From a virus (lineage: Duplodnaviria; Caudoviricetes), in IMG/VR virus record IMGVR_UViG_3300020045_005886, positions 1 through 27,419 of that record: a DNA stretch of 27,419 nucleotides; one strand, 5' to 3'. A program made the position numbers and the translations under genes. Below the pieces are notes generated by a model. That model was not told where the DNA came from. It worked only from the letters and a program-made list of their open reading frames with translations, and did not search any database. This document shows, one piece after another, positions 27,120 to 27,419 of the stretch (position 1 is the stretch's first letter; the number at the start of each line of letters is the position of its first letter).

Positions 27120-27196
27120 TACCAATATTTAATAATAAAATGTATTATAATACCCCAAAAAAGCAGGCCGGTAATAAAATAAAGTAAATATTTCAT
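27119..27196 (-). CDS. 25 aa single-TM microprotein, absent from the ORF track
   Basis: MKYLLYFITGLLFWGIIIHFIIKYW*; ATGA overlap with the upstream stop and TAATG overlap with terL. Confidence 0.6.
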   Translation of the reverse strand: MKYLLYFITGLLFWGIIIHFIIKYW

Positions 27197-27417
27197 TCTT
27201 CGTATTTTTCATCGGCAAGGGTTTTGCCGAGCCGGGTGGTGACTTCCATTTTTATAATTTCATCTTCAAGGCATTTATTAACGGCATCAATAGCTTTAGG
27301 GTTGCCTGACTGAGCATTTTTAATAAGGGATTCAATATACTCATCAAATTTAGCCTTATTTTCCCCGGTTAATGCTTTTATGATAGATTGTGTCAGGTGC
27401 CGCTCTTTACGCCATTC
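27193..27417 (-). CDS. Probable terminase small subunit, C-terminal part (truncated by the window edge)
   Basis: Open frame ...EWRKERHLTQSIIKAL...LIKNAQSGNPKAIDAV...EKYEE*; A..GN.KAI pattern; upstream of terL. Confidence 0.6.
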   Translation of the reverse strand, partial: EWRKERHLTQSIIKALTGENKAKFDEYIESLIKNAQSGNPKAIDAVNKCLEDEIIKMEVTTRLGKTLADEKYEE

Positions 27418-27419
27418 CT

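Noticed and set aside
1-27419. CRISPR array, diversity-generating retroelement, integrase/transposase or stop-codon recoding
   Set aside because: I saw no repeat-spacer array, reverse transcriptase, template/variable repeat pair or recombinase. Genes are intact in the standard code with all three stops used.

Overview
A Bacteroidota tailed phage or prophage late region, probably a myovirus. Almost all real genes lie on the minus strand and are tightly coupled by TAATG/ATGA overlaps. Right to left: terminase small subunit (partial) and large subunit, Mu-like head/neck genes (DUF1320-like, DUF935-like portal, gpF-like, gpG-like), tail completion protein, a displaced baseplate J/I/fibre triad, an intrinsic terminator, a ~500 bp inverted-repeat-bounded insert, ClpP protease/scaffold, major capsid, sheath, tube, a frameshifting tail chaperone, tape measure, baseplate hub/spike/wedge, two large proteins with Sec signal peptides (tail-fibre-like and PL9-like beta-helix), and a lysis cassette (membrane proteins, u-spanin-like lipoprotein, CHAP endolysin). 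The most unusual items are the signal-peptide-bearing tail proteins plus a capsid with a hydrophobic N-terminus, the multi-block inverted repeat enclosing an antisense ORF, a degenerate initiator-like tRNA antisense inside the lysis cassette, and several unannotated coupled microproteins. All family assignments come from motif recognition and synteny; no database searches were run.
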